NCBI GenBank assembly: GCA_903813345.2
Contig: CAIIXF020000001.1
Span: 20,398,001-20,462,000 of the forward strand
Direction of reading: 5' to 3'
DNA from: Owenia fusiformis
Taxonomy: Eukaryota
DNA length: 64,000 nt
Within the stretch, counting starts at the first letter, position 1, and every line of letters begins with the position of its first letter. A model generated the notes under the pieces. It ran no database searches and was not told where the DNA came from. It saw only the letters and a program-made list of their open reading frames with translations. Made by a program: the position numbers and the translations under genes. Below, one piece after another: positions 38,601 through 52,290 of the stretch.

Positions 38601-40117
38601 GACCACAGGTTTGGTTCACCTGCAGACACCCTCATCAGGAAACAGATGGATCATGCAGAGACCTACATGTATATGTTTGGATACAGGTCATACCAGGAGG
38701 AGAAAAGTCCATATTGGATGGGTAAGCAATAATATGTTGAATTTTTGCAAATTATTTAGCTTCATTCTAATAAACGATCGTAAAGAAGTGTCAATAATGT
38801 CGAAAGCTATTTGATGATGATTGGACTAAACTGATATATGCATTGAAGGGTTAACTAAAAAAGGCAATGTGTTTCAGGTATAACAAAGGAATCTGAGGTC
38901 CAGTACACACTAGGGTTCCCATTGATCAACATCACCACTGAGAACTACACACGTATAGAAACACCATATTATGACTGGATGGACCAGAATATCTCTGACT
39001 TTATGGTCACTCTATGGACAAACTATATCAAAGATGGGTAGGTTTAAGTGCAAAATATTAGTTCAAATTATATGAAAGCTTGTATTCATCAACTTAGCCT
39101 AGTATATTGATTTTCTTATTGGATCTTACAATTAGATAATTTGAAGTCAAGCTTTTGCTATTAGGGTGTTCACTTTTATCATAACTTTTTTTTTATTCTT
39201 ATTATCAAAACTTATTGAGGTTACTTAATCGCTTACTCAGTACTTTTTCTATATTGAAACATTGTGTTTACCTCCACCACCAAATTCTACAAGCAATCTA
39301 GCTATTTCATCGTGAAATAGAATATCTAGTACAATTGACCAAAAAAAGAAAAGAAAAATACTCATATCTATAACTGTGAGATTTTTATTTCAGTGTCCCT
39401 ACACCCTATAGAATTCGCAATGTTACATGGGAGCCATATAATATGTACAACTTGACCTATCTGTGGGTAGATGAGTGGCCAGAGAATAGAATTAGATATA
39501 GGCAGAAATACTACTCTTTTTGGCAGGATTATTTCCCACAGATATCTGAAAGAGTCATAAGTGAGTACTATATTCGCAATGTCCAATATGCAATCATCTC
39601 AAAAATAATTTTAAAAATGTACTTTTGTTAAATGATGATCCATTGGATCATCATTCTGATTGATATATCAAAGCCGCAACATGTGTATGTAATAATTCTA
39701 TTTTACTATGAAATAAATCACATATAAAAAATAAAAAATTAATATATCATTTGCTGGGGATAAAAACATTACAAAATCTTAATACAATTCACTATTTAAT
39801 GAGGAAACCTCAATACTGTAATAGTTAAAAATATTATTGTATTACAAACATGACAAAGATCAATCATACTTCCAGATATTGTCACAGCTACCCCTACAGC
39901 TATAGGTCGGGAGTATCGGTACTCAACTTGGGGGATGACAGCCTTCACTGGTTTGCTTCTTATCTTCATTATAGTAATGTCAATACTACTCTGGCGACAA
40001 CATAGGAAAAATGTTGAGGCGAGAGACTGGATGACTAGTACAGAATTTAGTTCAGTGACTAGAAATAGAACATTCATGGAGTCACATGACAGTTTCGGGG
40101 CTCCGAGATTACGATAG
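32643..40117 (+). CDS. Non-catalytic carboxylesterase-family (neuroligin-like) type I membrane protein, copy 1
   Basis: Exons 32643-32821, 33499-33667, 35338-35496, 35812-35965, 36149-36340, 36509-36768, 37153-37303, 37714-37895, 38592-38721, 38878-39037, 39394-39560, 39876-40117 are phase-consistent. Signal peptide; motifs FLGVPYAKPP, SEDCLYLNIF, PVMVYIHGG, NYRLGALGF, GNYGLWDQ; elbow GSGAG (no catalytic Ser); C-terminal TM helix. Confidence 0.92.
33745..34313. mobile_element. hAT/P-like MITE in intron
   Basis: TIRs CAGGGCTTGCATTA...TAATGCAAGCGCTG, with CCAATAA repeated on both flanks (7 bp). Confidence 0.75.
38056..38297 (-). mobile_element. Dispersed transposon end fragment (hAT-like terminus), copy A
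   Basis: ~240 bp reverse-complement match to 63135-63381; terminus TAGTGTTGTCGCGAT. Confidence 0.75.
38313..39190 (+). repeat. ~100 bp direct duplication shared by two introns (~38313-38412 and ~39088-39190)
   Basis: tcaacttagcctagtatattgattttctta...ctattagggtgttca...tatcataacttt is present twice. Confidence 0.75.
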
Positions 40118-43100
40118 CATAGCGTCGCCTTTGTCATCTTTCATTGCAAATGTAACCACATCAGTTTGGATTTTTATCAGCTACTGCATCAACAAGTATT
40201 CCAGAAGGAGCATTGTGCATATGAGTAGTACTGTGAACTGTGACAGTAATATTGTGAGTTGTGCCAACAGCATTGTGTGCAGGTGTCAAGAGTATTGTGG
40301 AGTGTGACAAGACTATTGTCACTGAGGCACAAACATATTTTCACCAGAATAGAATGTTCAATAAAGTCTCGTCATGGGAACTTCAGAATTGGAGTTACAA
40401 TGTACATTGTATTGTGATTTATCACAGAAATAGAGGGATGTTCTGTACACATTGGAATTTATGCAGGAATGACAACTCAGGACTTCAGTGGAAACCATTT
40501 TCAACATCTTCATTGACTTATAAAATGAATGACAACCGCCATATTTCAGCCTCCATAACTTGAAATCTTGAATGATTGACTGGAGAAATGATAACAATCA
40601 CTTTACATGTATTTTAACAAGAGTTATGTGTAATTGTTGTATTCTATTTTTCAATGCAAGATGAATTGTTTTAAGGTAATGCTTAACTTCTATATCCTGA
40701 TACATGTGAATCCATGAGTGTTTTACTTCTAGAATATTGTATTAAATATTTGTATACTGTAAATTTTGAATTTTATTTTTCAATCTCATTAATTCTTATT
40801 GTTAGTAATTTTATATTGTAATTTTGTTAAAGATGTTGTCCAATTGCCATAATGGTCATTTTTACAAAACTGATGGACAATTGAATCCCATTTATTCAGA
40901 CTTCAATCTAAATTAATCAGGCATTTACATAAAATTAAAATCATACTTCATGCGATTTGTATTATGTATTAGATTTAATGGTAATATTGTTGGTAGTCAT
41001 TGAATTTGTTGTGGAGTAAATAAATGTACAAATGCTGAAGTAATCCTGATTGAAATCATATTTTTGAGAAGACATTTCATAACCAGAGTTCTTTTTACTT
41101 TTTATTAAACATTTGAGTAAGTAAGTGTAAATCATTCTTTTGAAAGCAATTGGGTCACTCTTACATAATAAGTCACTATGTTTCATAATCCTGGTTATTG
41201 CATAACCAAGCTGGATTGAAAAGATGACATGTCCATTTTCTATTTTTGATGAATTTGATTAAACGTCCCAGTTTGTCGCAAAATCCTGTAGTATGAGATA
41301 CATTGTATCTTTTATAAATATAAATCCAAAGAAAGTTTGTGTTACAGTGTCTCAAGAAAATGAAGTGTAGAACATACCTTTAAGTACTGTTCAATCTTGT
41401 GATATAACAAAAATCACATGTTATTTATTGACATGCCTGTGTTCAACATTCCAGTTGCTGCTCAACCAGATTTCAAAATAAAATTAAGATTAATAAATTT
41501 TGTACTTGCTATTTTAAGAAAGCAATATTTAATGGACTGATTGCAGCATAATATAATGCTTCATGAATTGAAAAAGATGTACATATTTATTTGAATGATT
41601 TTAGGATGGAACTTTTTCTAATGTAGTTTTTATAGAATTGTGATTTACACGATATACAATGGTTTATCTGCTTTTGAAGAAATAATTGTACTGATTATTT
41701 TTGTAATTTGTAAATGATATAAATCATATGTTGTAAATATATTTTATAAAAAATGAAATTTTTTATTTTGAATTTGTAAAATATTGTGATATCCCCTCAT
41801 GAGTATGATACATCTGGTGAGAAATTGCACATTACCTTACTGTGTAAATGTTATGATTGGTTTCATATCAATTTCTTGATAAAATAGTCCAAAGTACAGT
41901 TGATAAAATTGTATTTTGGTTGTATGTCGGATACTTGTCCAAGTTTGCATATACTGTGATACTGCCTATATTTCATGTTTTTTCAAGAGCATGATTGAAT
42001 AAAGGTGAACTGAAAGTGAACAGAAAATTTGAAAAAAGTGCAACACTGAAATTTTCAAACTCTTCCTGACGAGTCATTTTTTGTTTCATAGGGTTTTATG
42101 CAACATTATCATTGTAAATACTGTATAGTAGAATAACAACTGAAGTTTGATGAAAAATATTCAAATGAAGATTTTGATTTTTTGAAGAATAGTATGTGAA
42201 AAAACACCAAAACCATCTGAAAATTGCACAAAATACTAGTATTCTTCCAAAATATTTTTGAAAAATCACCTCCAACATATGTGTCATATTTTCAGAGGGC
42301 TGAGATTTTTATTTCAATATGTTTAGAATCTAGTGTTTCTTATTTTTTCTATTACAACAGTGAGCCTGGTCACATTAATGATAGGTGGAACCAACAAAAT
42401 TGAGAAAAAGTCAAGACTGAAAGATATAAATTTTGATGGACAAAATACACTAATAAAAAGATATGTGCTTCCTGCCATCTTAGAAAATCTTTGAGAAGTT
42501 CAGCTTCACCTTAAAGGTGCAACAATAAGTGCAGAGGATTCAACGACCATGGACCAGTGTCAAAATAAATTTAAGTTTGGATATTTCATCAAGACTAACA
42601 TATTTTTTTATTATCCAAGGAAACCGCCTGGATGAACATTATTTCAGCGGATATTCCTCTTGAAACATAGTGGTGGATCTTAAAAATCTGTAAGTGCGAC
42701 TTCCTTTATAGAAGCTTTGAACTGAATTTACACTTCTTAATGCTGGAATTGATAGTCTATCCATACATTTTAAGAAAATAGGGTATATGGATGTAAAGCC
42801 AAATGTTGCCCGGACAGCTCAGAAAAAGTAAAAATTTTCGAATTTTTTCTCTACAGGCCTTGTTGCCCCTTTAATTGAATTTCGTATATCTTGCTAAGTG
42901 AAATAATTCTATTTTAGGGGGTTCTTTGATGTTTATATCTCTTTGAGAAGTGCATTTGTAGCAATGAACTGAAGGGTATAGCCATTGATAGCCAATGACC
43001 AAACATTATTCAATCTGAAAAATTGAAATTGTTAAATGGAGTGCCATCTTTTTTGACTCACCTGTAGGTCACGTGATCTGAAACATCCGCCATTTTTAAC

Positions 43101-43148
43101 AGGTGTCTGTAAACAAAATAAAATGTGAGGCCTAAAAGTGGCATTATC

Positions 43149-46100
43149 ATGGGTTTTAGGGTGACATTCATCCTTTTAATGAGCGGACTGTTTGGAGGAA
43201 CAATATCTCAATCGGACGATGTGTTTAGATCTTACGCCCATGCTGGTGAAGTGAGAGGTTTCACCCAAACGGTATTTAGGAAAAATATTAAAGGATACTC
43301 CACAGATTGTAAAGAGGACCCATGGGACAACATTGATTCTGGAAATGTTGACAATATATGTTACGATCGGTATAAAGTGAACACATTCCTAGGAATTCCT
43401 TATGCTGAATATCCGACTGGAGATCGCCGATTCCGTGTAAGTGGTAGAGTACTAATTTCCATGAAAATAAGTAATCTAACAAAGTGAAAATACCTGTCTT
43501 ACTCTTGCCCACATGTTATTCACTTCCTTGTTAGGATGATTAATGATCGGAAGCCAGAGTTCCAAATCTAGGTCTTCCAACTGTCCTGCAATTGTGTATT
43601 TGTCACGCATTTGCTGGAAAGTTTTTTGCGTGACAGAATATGTCTCGCAAATATGCATTTTACTTGATTATTTTGTCAAGCAAAAATATTTCTCATCTGT
43701 AGAAAAACTTCCATTAGTGAACGCTGATACATCAAAAAACGAATGCCAAAAAAAATTGCATGCATTTCGTTTGGACCTTTCGTGCGGACACAGTATATGC
43801 CAAGCATTTCCTCGAAATATTTCATTCCCAAAAACTTTTTCCGTCCCAGCGCGGAACTTTTTTTATTGAAATTTGCCCCCCCCCCCTCTTTTTGGTTCCC
43901 AGATCCTCCCCTTAAACCCTACCGCCATCTCGAAAAGAGTTATTGATGAAAAATGAACATTTTCTCATTCTGTTGATAAACCCATACGATTGGAGATTCG
44001 ACTACTTAAAGAGAATCCTAAAATTCTCAGGAATTTATTGAGGTATGTTATTGGAATAAACTATAAACCTCGTGCCAAAAAATATCAGCCTTTGAAAATA
44101 AGGTCTTCACGACCATACTTCAGGGTGGGTGTGGCACATCAATAAGAGGATCACACATTTCCTATTGGCGCGTTAGTGCATACAGTGTATTGTGCACTTT
44201 CATTATAACAGTGGATGAATAAGAAGCTGTCCTCAAATTATGTTAAATAGTTGGAAAAATTGTCATTCCAATCCAAGTGTAGGATAATACCCGAAAATGA
44301 ACTGGCACACCTGCTTTTACGATAATTTTGTATTGAGTTATAATAGGCTTCTGGCAAATTTCGTGCAGAATTAAGATTGACATTCTCACACCATGTGTTG
44401 GTTCATTTTTTTTATTTTATAATTGTATGTTATTGAATTACTGTCTGCTATTAGTTCTTCATCAGAGAAGGCTACCTGTTACATAACCATTGTTTCATTG
44501 TTCTAGGCACCTGTTTACCCACCTTCATGGCAGAGATCCATAGATGGGAGGAGATACAAAGATGCTTGCCCCCAGCAGCTGTGGAAGATGGACTACCTCA
44601 CTAATGTGAATGCAACAGAAAACTGCCTGAATCTTAACATATTTATGCCTAATGTAAGTTAGCATGCATAATAAAGCAAAAGTACACTCTCATAATTTCA
44701 ATAAAGACATATCTTTTGTTTGGTTTTGGTGAGGCCATGTGATGCCACGTCAATTATGTCCCATTGTGTCCCCCAAAGTAGTCTCATCCAGATTCTTAGT
44801 TTACATAGCCTCCCCTAACTCCAGATCTAATTAATATGTCCTTCACACAGTGCTTATAGTGCATAATTTTTGTTTTTCCTTCTTATTTTCCATTAAAGGC
44901 TATTACAGCTTCTCTGTTATGATTCAAAGCCATTTATCCCAAACTAACATCTGAGGATGTCAATTTCATGGTTGAGTTATATTTTTTATTTATTTCAGGA
45001 GACAGATGGCAGGCCAGAGTACCAGAGGAAATACCCAGTGTTTGTTTGGATACATGGATATAATTACCAATATGGGGCAGCACATCAGTGGCCTGGTCAC
45101 ATGTTGGCAACAGAGAAAATAGTTGTGGTTACTTTCAACTATAGGATGAATGCTCTAGGTTGGTATTAAGCCAAAGTGGAAAGACATCTTGTACTGACCA
45201 GATAGGCTTGAGAGAGCCATCCTTTAAAATTTAACATCTATTTTTGTGGACAGTGTTCGGTGGTTGGTGTTGGCAGTTGGTGTTTGGTATCTGTATCAAC
45301 AGGCAGGTGGTGACATTTTGCATGTTAATGCCTTGTTTGTTCAATATTATTTAAGCTATAAAAGCTGGGAAATATAGAATAAAAATAATTGGTGTCAACC
45401 CAGCTACAAGCCATTTTAAAGATGTTTTATCAAAATTATTATCAGTTAGCAGCTGATGTAACCATTCATGAATATTCTTCCAGGCTTCCTGTCCACCCAG
45501 GACAGACATGGCTGGGGTAACTATGGCATGAGAGACCAGGTTACAGCATTAAAATGGGTGAAAGATAACATCCGATATTTTAATGGGGATGACCGGTGGA
45601 TCACTGTGGGTGGTACAGACTCAGGGGCAGCTGCTGTAGGTTTTCACCTTCTTTCACCATTGACCAATGGTAGGTTAAGAATTATTCACGCCTTTAAGAT
45701 CAAATTCTATGTGTGATTTTGAAGATAATGTAAATGATGCTTTCTTTAAATAATCTTTACAAGGCTGTGACAATATATCTGTCATGTTAATGTAATGTAT
45801 ATCTATTTTCAGGTCTCTTCAGGCAAGCCATCCTGATGTCTGGATCAGATCTTAGTGAGTGGGCATATGTAGATAATACTATGAGACCCAAGGTAAACAT
45901 CTTACATTAAATTATCCCACTAAACAAAGTTTGAGTCAGATTATAGAGAAGCTACATAACCATTACTATCAGTTGTCAGATTAGTATTTGATCCATATTT
46001 TTGTGTTGAGCCTTAAAGGCATAGGACTCTCCTACAGAAAGAATTTTCAAGATGACTGCTTAATTCAAAATGGCCAACAGTTTTCAGAAGAAATATAATT

Positions 46101-49100
46101 TTGATAACAAATACCAGTTTAAAAATGTTCTTAATGTAATGTGGTAGGCACTGGGCAGAGGGCTTCTTATTAAGAAATTATGAATTGAGTTGATGGCCGA
46201 CCCACTCAGGAATTACATTAAATCTTTATGTTGCTTCCTTATGGGTACCTTTTATGAGGTAGTGTTTTCCCCAAGATTTTTCATGTGTTTGCAAATTGCT
46301 CAGTTTTCACATACCTGCCTAAAATTCAATTTTTCTAGGTTATGTTCATTTTTATAGAGGTGCATATAGGTTTTCAAATTGGTGCAAGGTTGTTCTAGAA
46401 ATCTCAAGTTGGTACAGCACCAAGTTGCTCCAATCAATAGGTGACTACAGCAGTTTGATCATTCTCTGTACATTGACTTGTTAAGCATATTTTGATTGAT
46501 TATTTACAACAGGAGTATGGCAAAGAAATAGCAAGGCAACTCTTATGCCCTGTGGATGACAGTGAGGCAATGATGGAATGTTTGAGACTATATAGGTCTC
46601 CAGAAGAAATAGTTAATGCATCTGCAAATATTTGGCCAAGGGTAAGGGTATTTTATGCTTAGGTTACTAAAAAATTGGGTTACTGTTGATCAATTAATAT
46701 AACTTTAACATATTCATTGATATTTAGTCTAATACATGAACTGTCACGATTGGCATCAAAACATTTTCAAACGGCGTGATCTTTGGATCGATAATGATGA
46801 TTTATTTTCTGTCACAACTGCATACAGATTTAAACTTGGTTATTTCATTTTTGTAGGAAAACAAAGATTTCTGGGAGCCCTACTCCACCGTTGCGGGGCC
46901 ATTTGCGCCAGTCGTAGATCAAACATCCAATAATGAAAATCCAGAAAGTTTCTTACCTCAAACTCCTCGTGCCATGAGAAATTCTGGCTTGTTTAAAGTA
47001 GTTCCCGTCCTTGCAGGATTGAATAAGGATGATGGTGCCTTTTTATTATGTAAGTTTAGTTCAATTACAGGTTGGCTCAAAAATGAGTGCAGTTTAATAT
47101 TAAAACTCTCTTGGTTGTAATAACTGTATTTTTTATTGATACTACCACTTTTATTACCAACAATGATTAGACCTCTCAACCAAAAAGATTCGATATTGCT
47201 TTGATTATTTAGAATGACCAAAATTACTCATAATAGCCAGCCTTCATACACCATTATCACCCAGATAACAATTTCAAATGAACCTCACAGAACTTGATAT
47301 GTGATGACATAATTACTGTCATTTTTACCTTGACTATAGTTTCAAAATATTTGCATTTTTCAGGGAATCAAACTAAACATATGAGAGGTGTTGACTTCAA
47401 TCAGGGAATGGACTACCAAACATTCCGTGATATCATAGCTCAATTCACATTTGATAGACGCATCAGAGACAGAGACAGTGTAAATAGTGCCATAGAGTTT
47501 GAATATGCTTATCATCCCAACATCCATAATAAGTCTGCCACCTTACAAGCTGCAAAGGATGTAAGATTTTATCCATCTTGTTTCATGAAGATCTCAGTTG
47601 GTAGAACCTGCATTTTAGAATCTCTAATCAGTGAATCTCATTGGATTGACAGTTTCCTCAGGCCTAAATGCAACAACATTATACTGATGATAAAATATTT
47701 AAGTGATATTTAAGTTACAATACCCTGTGTGAAACCTCTATAGATAATTTTATATTCTTTACATACTTTAGTACTGAACCACTTGGTAGTCATTTATCCA
47801 AGACATTCATGTTGATGCCTTGCTTTGTAGATGTTTGGTGACTGGTTATACGGTTCAGGGGTAGATGAGGTCCTAAAGCAGCATGCTCAGGCCAATGATG
47901 AAGTCAAGTGTTACATGTATGCATTCCACTTCAGGGGACCTTATGATCGTAAACCAAAGTGGTGGGGTATGTATTTAGTTTGATAATAATACCCATGTGA
48001 CCATTCCAATATTCATAAAATTTTTCCTCATATTGAACAAAATTTAGGTTCACAGGTGTAGATTATTCAAGCACTACCTAGCCATTAACTTAGGTCTCAA
48101 CATGTTAGTCAGCGTCTTGCTAAAGACATTTTGGGATCACAATTTATGATGTTCAACTTCTGATTGTTACAGGAGCTCCCCATGGCAGAGACGCAGAGTC
48201 TCTCTTTGGATTCTCTCACATGAATGAGACAGTGCAGTTCTTCTGGGATTGGACAGAACTTGAACTCCAGCAGAACTACACAGATCATGATCGCAATATC
48301 AGTGACTTTATGATGAAGCTTTTTGGCAACTTTATTAGATCCGGGTATATATACTACCGTATTCTCTCCAATAAACGCACAGTGCGTCTACCAAATTCTC
48401 CTGAAGGAGATGTCTAAAATGACAAAATCCCCAGGGATTTGTGAAAAAAAAGTTTGGGCGATAATAGGGTGTTTCATGATTTTCCTCTTTAAAACTAGAC
48501 TCACTCCAACTAGATAACATATTATCATACCTCAATGTTTTCCTCATGCATTTATCAATCTGCTGAATGTGTTTCCATGGGTTAGTTGACATAATATGCA
48601 TCAATGTTGATGATAAACATCCACTCCAATCAATCCGAGCAGACGCCATTTTTAAAATTGATGCCGATACCCGAGTTAAAATCTAAAGGCTTCTTGTACC
48701 TAAATGGTCCTCATAGTTGGTGAAAATATGTTTTATATCCATATAATGCTACTTAACATTTATAAAGGATTGAATATTTGTTTGTGGGAAAGGGCAGAAG
48801 AATATTTAAGATCGGAACTCCCATGATGCACTGCGAGTTTGAGTAATGGCGACGGGCCCGAATTAACGTTCATTGTAGCTTTTAACTCATCACTATAAGG
48901 TTATCATGAACGTAGTTATAGCTCATAAGGTTCCTTAGACATGTCTGTAACAGCATTATACTCACAAACGGCTCTATCGATAGCGGTAAGTGAATAATTC
49001 AATATTACCCTATTATCGCCCGCTCGAATAAACTATATTTTTTCTTGATTTTTGTTTTTCAAGTTGCCAGTCTTTCTTGGAAAAGTCGGGTGTGCATTTA

Positions 49101-51988
49101 TTGGAGTTTGTGCGTTTATTAGAGATAATACGGTATATTCTAAGAATTTGATATACTTCATGTATACTTTCAAATACTTCATATGTGTGTAGTTATACAC
49201 CTCGCATACATTTAGGAACCATACACCCCACATGTACAAACATAAATTCTGTACTTTCAGAGAGCCAACTCGAGAGTATGAATACTTTAGAAATGTAACC
49301 TGGTTGCCATTCCGTCCCCAGATGTCCAACCTCAGCTATCTTCTGGTTGATGAGAGGAGCAACCAGTCAGTCAATTACAAACAAAGTCATTTTGCCTTCT
49401 GGAGGGACTACTGGCCTCGGCTGATTCAACGATACCCCAGTGCGTGCAGTTTGTAGAATACTTCATATTGATCACTTATTTGTGATAGATAAGAATTGCT
49501 TACTATCTTTGAATTAACTGATTGTATCAACTATAGAGTCTTTGAATACTATTGCAATTAAAGTTAACTTTAGGATATATGCATGGTCAAAGTTAGTCAA
49601 GACCAGGGAGTGTCGGTTTTGAGATTACTATGAATATACATTATATCCAATTTCAGGTGTGATCTAAGTGAACTCTAACTCATGCCAACATTAACATTTG
49701 TCAGATTTGATTCATATATTTATTAGTCTTTGCCTCTGTGGTGTGAATGTTAGCACATTGGACTTATAATGCCTAGGTCCTGGGTCAGTCCCAGTATGTT
49801 GCAAAAGGACTTAGATAATGTTAACTGGCACACCTGACAGGTGATTACTAGATGAGCTGCTAACTTGATAAAATATTAGCTCTGACAAGAACTGCCTATG
49901 GTCTTAGCCTGGATAATGATACCAGGTCCTGTTAGATTAATATGGAAATCTGTTTCTACCTTAAGAGTAGATTAAGATATCAAATTACATTATTCTACCA
50001 CACATATATGCCATATGGTGTCTCGTGTGAGATAATTGTAACTCATAAATGAAATGCAATGAAAATTGATTTAGAAGGCCAATGGCACAATTCATATTTC
50101 AAATATAATATTTACAGCTACAACAACTCCAATACCTACACCACCTGCTGCATTAGAGTATGAGGTAGCAACCTGGTTCCTGGTGGCCCTGGCTGTTATA
50201 TTCCTTATCATTCTCATCATTATGTCATTGATACTATGGCAACGAAGCAGATGGTGATGACATCTGTTGACAGATCTGAAGGAGAGGCTAAAATGTAATT
50301 TTGTATTCATAAAGGAATGATTTAGTACTAGCATTTACTTTTCTTTACTAACCAATGTTTTCTTCTGTGTTTACTAAAAAATGTTTTCTTTTGTTTTACT
50401 AATCGATGTTTTCTTTTGTCTTTACTAACAGATGATTTCTTTGCTAATCAATGTTTTTTTTTAGTTTTAACTTAGTTTGAATCTGAACAGGTGCCTCATT
50501 GCTTATGAAATAAAGATGGTGCAATGGATACTATATTAACCATGTAGAAGTGGTTTACAACACTAGCAATTTACCCATTCAAAGGGCCTTAAAATGCCAA
50601 TTACCCAGAGGGCCTTAAAACGCTAAATACTTAGCTGTTGACCTTGGCCGAGAAATGTTCACCCTGACCTCGGGTCATCTTATCATAGGTTGCCATGAGT
50701 CACTGCAGTCCCAAAAGGCCTTTAAGCATCAAATTCTTAGATATTGACATTGGAATGACCTTGACCTCACAGCAGTCCAAAAATACCTTAAACCGCCAAA
50801 TACCTAGATATTGACCTTGACCCATAAACTTGACCTTGACCTCAGGTTACCTAAAAATGGGCCTTTTTTGGGCATAGTTTGGCCATGGGCCTTAATTTTT
50901 AAAATGTTTTGGTTTAAGGGGCCCAAATTTTTTTCTGAACGCAGACATTTTTTCCAGACTCAACATTTGGCCCCCCCACCTTGTTAATTTCTGGATCCGC
51001 CACTGTCTTTTGACTCTATTATCTAACATGCATGTAGCACAAATCACATATACATGTATATATTGTATATGTAGTTTGCTTTGGAAATACTGTAAAACAT
51101 GTTTAATTTTATGAATTCTGAATTTCTTTCATACTATTTTGCGTCATAATGATTCTTGTTGCACAAGATTGTTATCAGTGGTAAATTTTTCAATCAGGAC
51201 TTTAAAAATCATCAACAATCAATCATTTTTTGAGGAAATAACATTAAGTATGTGCATAAAAACATGTTTTACAGTATTCTGTCTCTGTGGTATTTTGTGT
51301 AATGATTTCTAGATATTTTGGTTCCATTTTTCATGCACATGTATCTTAATTATATTTTATGTTTTTAATGTGTAGTCTTTTGATCTTTTAATGAATCTGT
51401 TAGAAGTAGTGTTATATTCATTTGGGGCATTTACTATTCAAAATATCATGCGTTAAAGTATGTAAAATTCAGTATTCTTTCTCTGTTTTATGTTGTGTCC
51501 TGATTTTTTAATATTTTGGTCCCATTTGTATGCATACATACCGTAGTATTACTAGCCAACTATCTATCGAAGGAAAATCACCTTTTACATCAATATATCT
51601 AAACAAAATTAATATATATTAAAATTAATAGTCTTCTAAAAGAATTATTCCATTGTTTACACAAATAAATGCTTTTGAACTCAATTGAAATATACACTGC
51701 GCATGTAAAACGAAAAATTTAATGTATGATTTCATACGCTTGAATAAGATGCATATTCTACTGATTGTGCTGTGATTAAATCAATTCTCTCTATTTTCAG
51801 CTACCACCACACCTATCCCCACACCTGTGATGTTGATTGAGTTCCAGGCTGCCACGTTTGGTCTGGTCGGCCTTGCTTTACTATTCATACTTATTATTGT
51901 GACCCTTTCTGTCACTTGGTGGAAATGGAAACAACTTTACAATAAAGAATATCGCTATGTAACTAAGAGAAGTGAATCAGAGATATGA
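43149..51988 (+). CDS. Non-catalytic carboxylesterase-family (neuroligin-like) type I membrane protein, copy 2
   Basis: Exons 43149-43436, 44507-44653, 44999-45158, 45484-45669, 45813-45892, 46513-46641, 46857-47049, 47364-47560, 47831-47966, 48173-48344, 49261-49439, then either 50118-50257 or 51801-51988. Motifs FLGIPYA, ENCLNLNIF, PVFVWIHGYNY, GNYGMRDQ, elbow GTDSG, GAPHGRD. Confidence 0.92.
48357..49133. mobile_element. Tc1/mariner (pogo-type) MITE
   Basis: TA-flanked TIRs CCGTATTCTCTCCAATAAACGCAC...GTGCGTTTATTAGAGATAATACGG. Confidence 0.8.
50118..50257 (+). CDS. Alternative terminal TM exon A of neuroligin-like copy 2 (short tail)
   Basis: ttacag| phase-1 acceptor; TTTTPIPTPPAALEYEVATWFLVALAVIFLIILIIMSLILWQRSRW*. 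Confidence 0.8.
50340..50460 (+). repeat. Minisatellite, ~26 bp unit, about 5 copies
   Basis: tttactaaccaatgttttcttctgtg-like units in tandem. Confidence 0.6.
51090..51274. mobile_element. Small TA-flanked MITE
   Basis: TIRs CTGTAAAACATGTTT...AAACATGTTTTACAG with TA on both sides. Confidence 0.6.
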
Positions 51989-52204
51989 TCTCATCATTTG
52001 AAAGGCTGAATTAATTACCTGAGAATAATATTTGAAGTGTATTGATTGGAATTCAGTTACCCATCAGTTAAGGAGCTAGAAAGGATAGAGATGAGTTGTA
52101 AGAAATACCATAAGGAAACCATTGGCTGGAGTTTTGAAAAGATTGGTTGCAACATTTTACGCTTTCTATACCTTCTCATTAATTAAATGCGTGTGTAGCT
52201 CTAA

Positions 52205-52290
52205 ACATAGTCTGAAACAGAAATTAGACTACATAGTCTGAAACAGAAATTAGACTACATATACAAAGTCTGAAGCAGAAATTAGACTAT
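52205..52290 (+). repeat. Short tandem repeat (~26 bp x3) in 3' UTR
   Basis: acatagtctgaaacagaaattagact repeated twice exactly plus one variant. Confidence 0.75.

Noticed and set aside
32643-51988. Assigning NLGN gene symbols
   Set aside because: The esterase fold without catalytic Ser is shared by several families, and the stalks and tails do not resemble true neuroligins; a phylogeny is needed.
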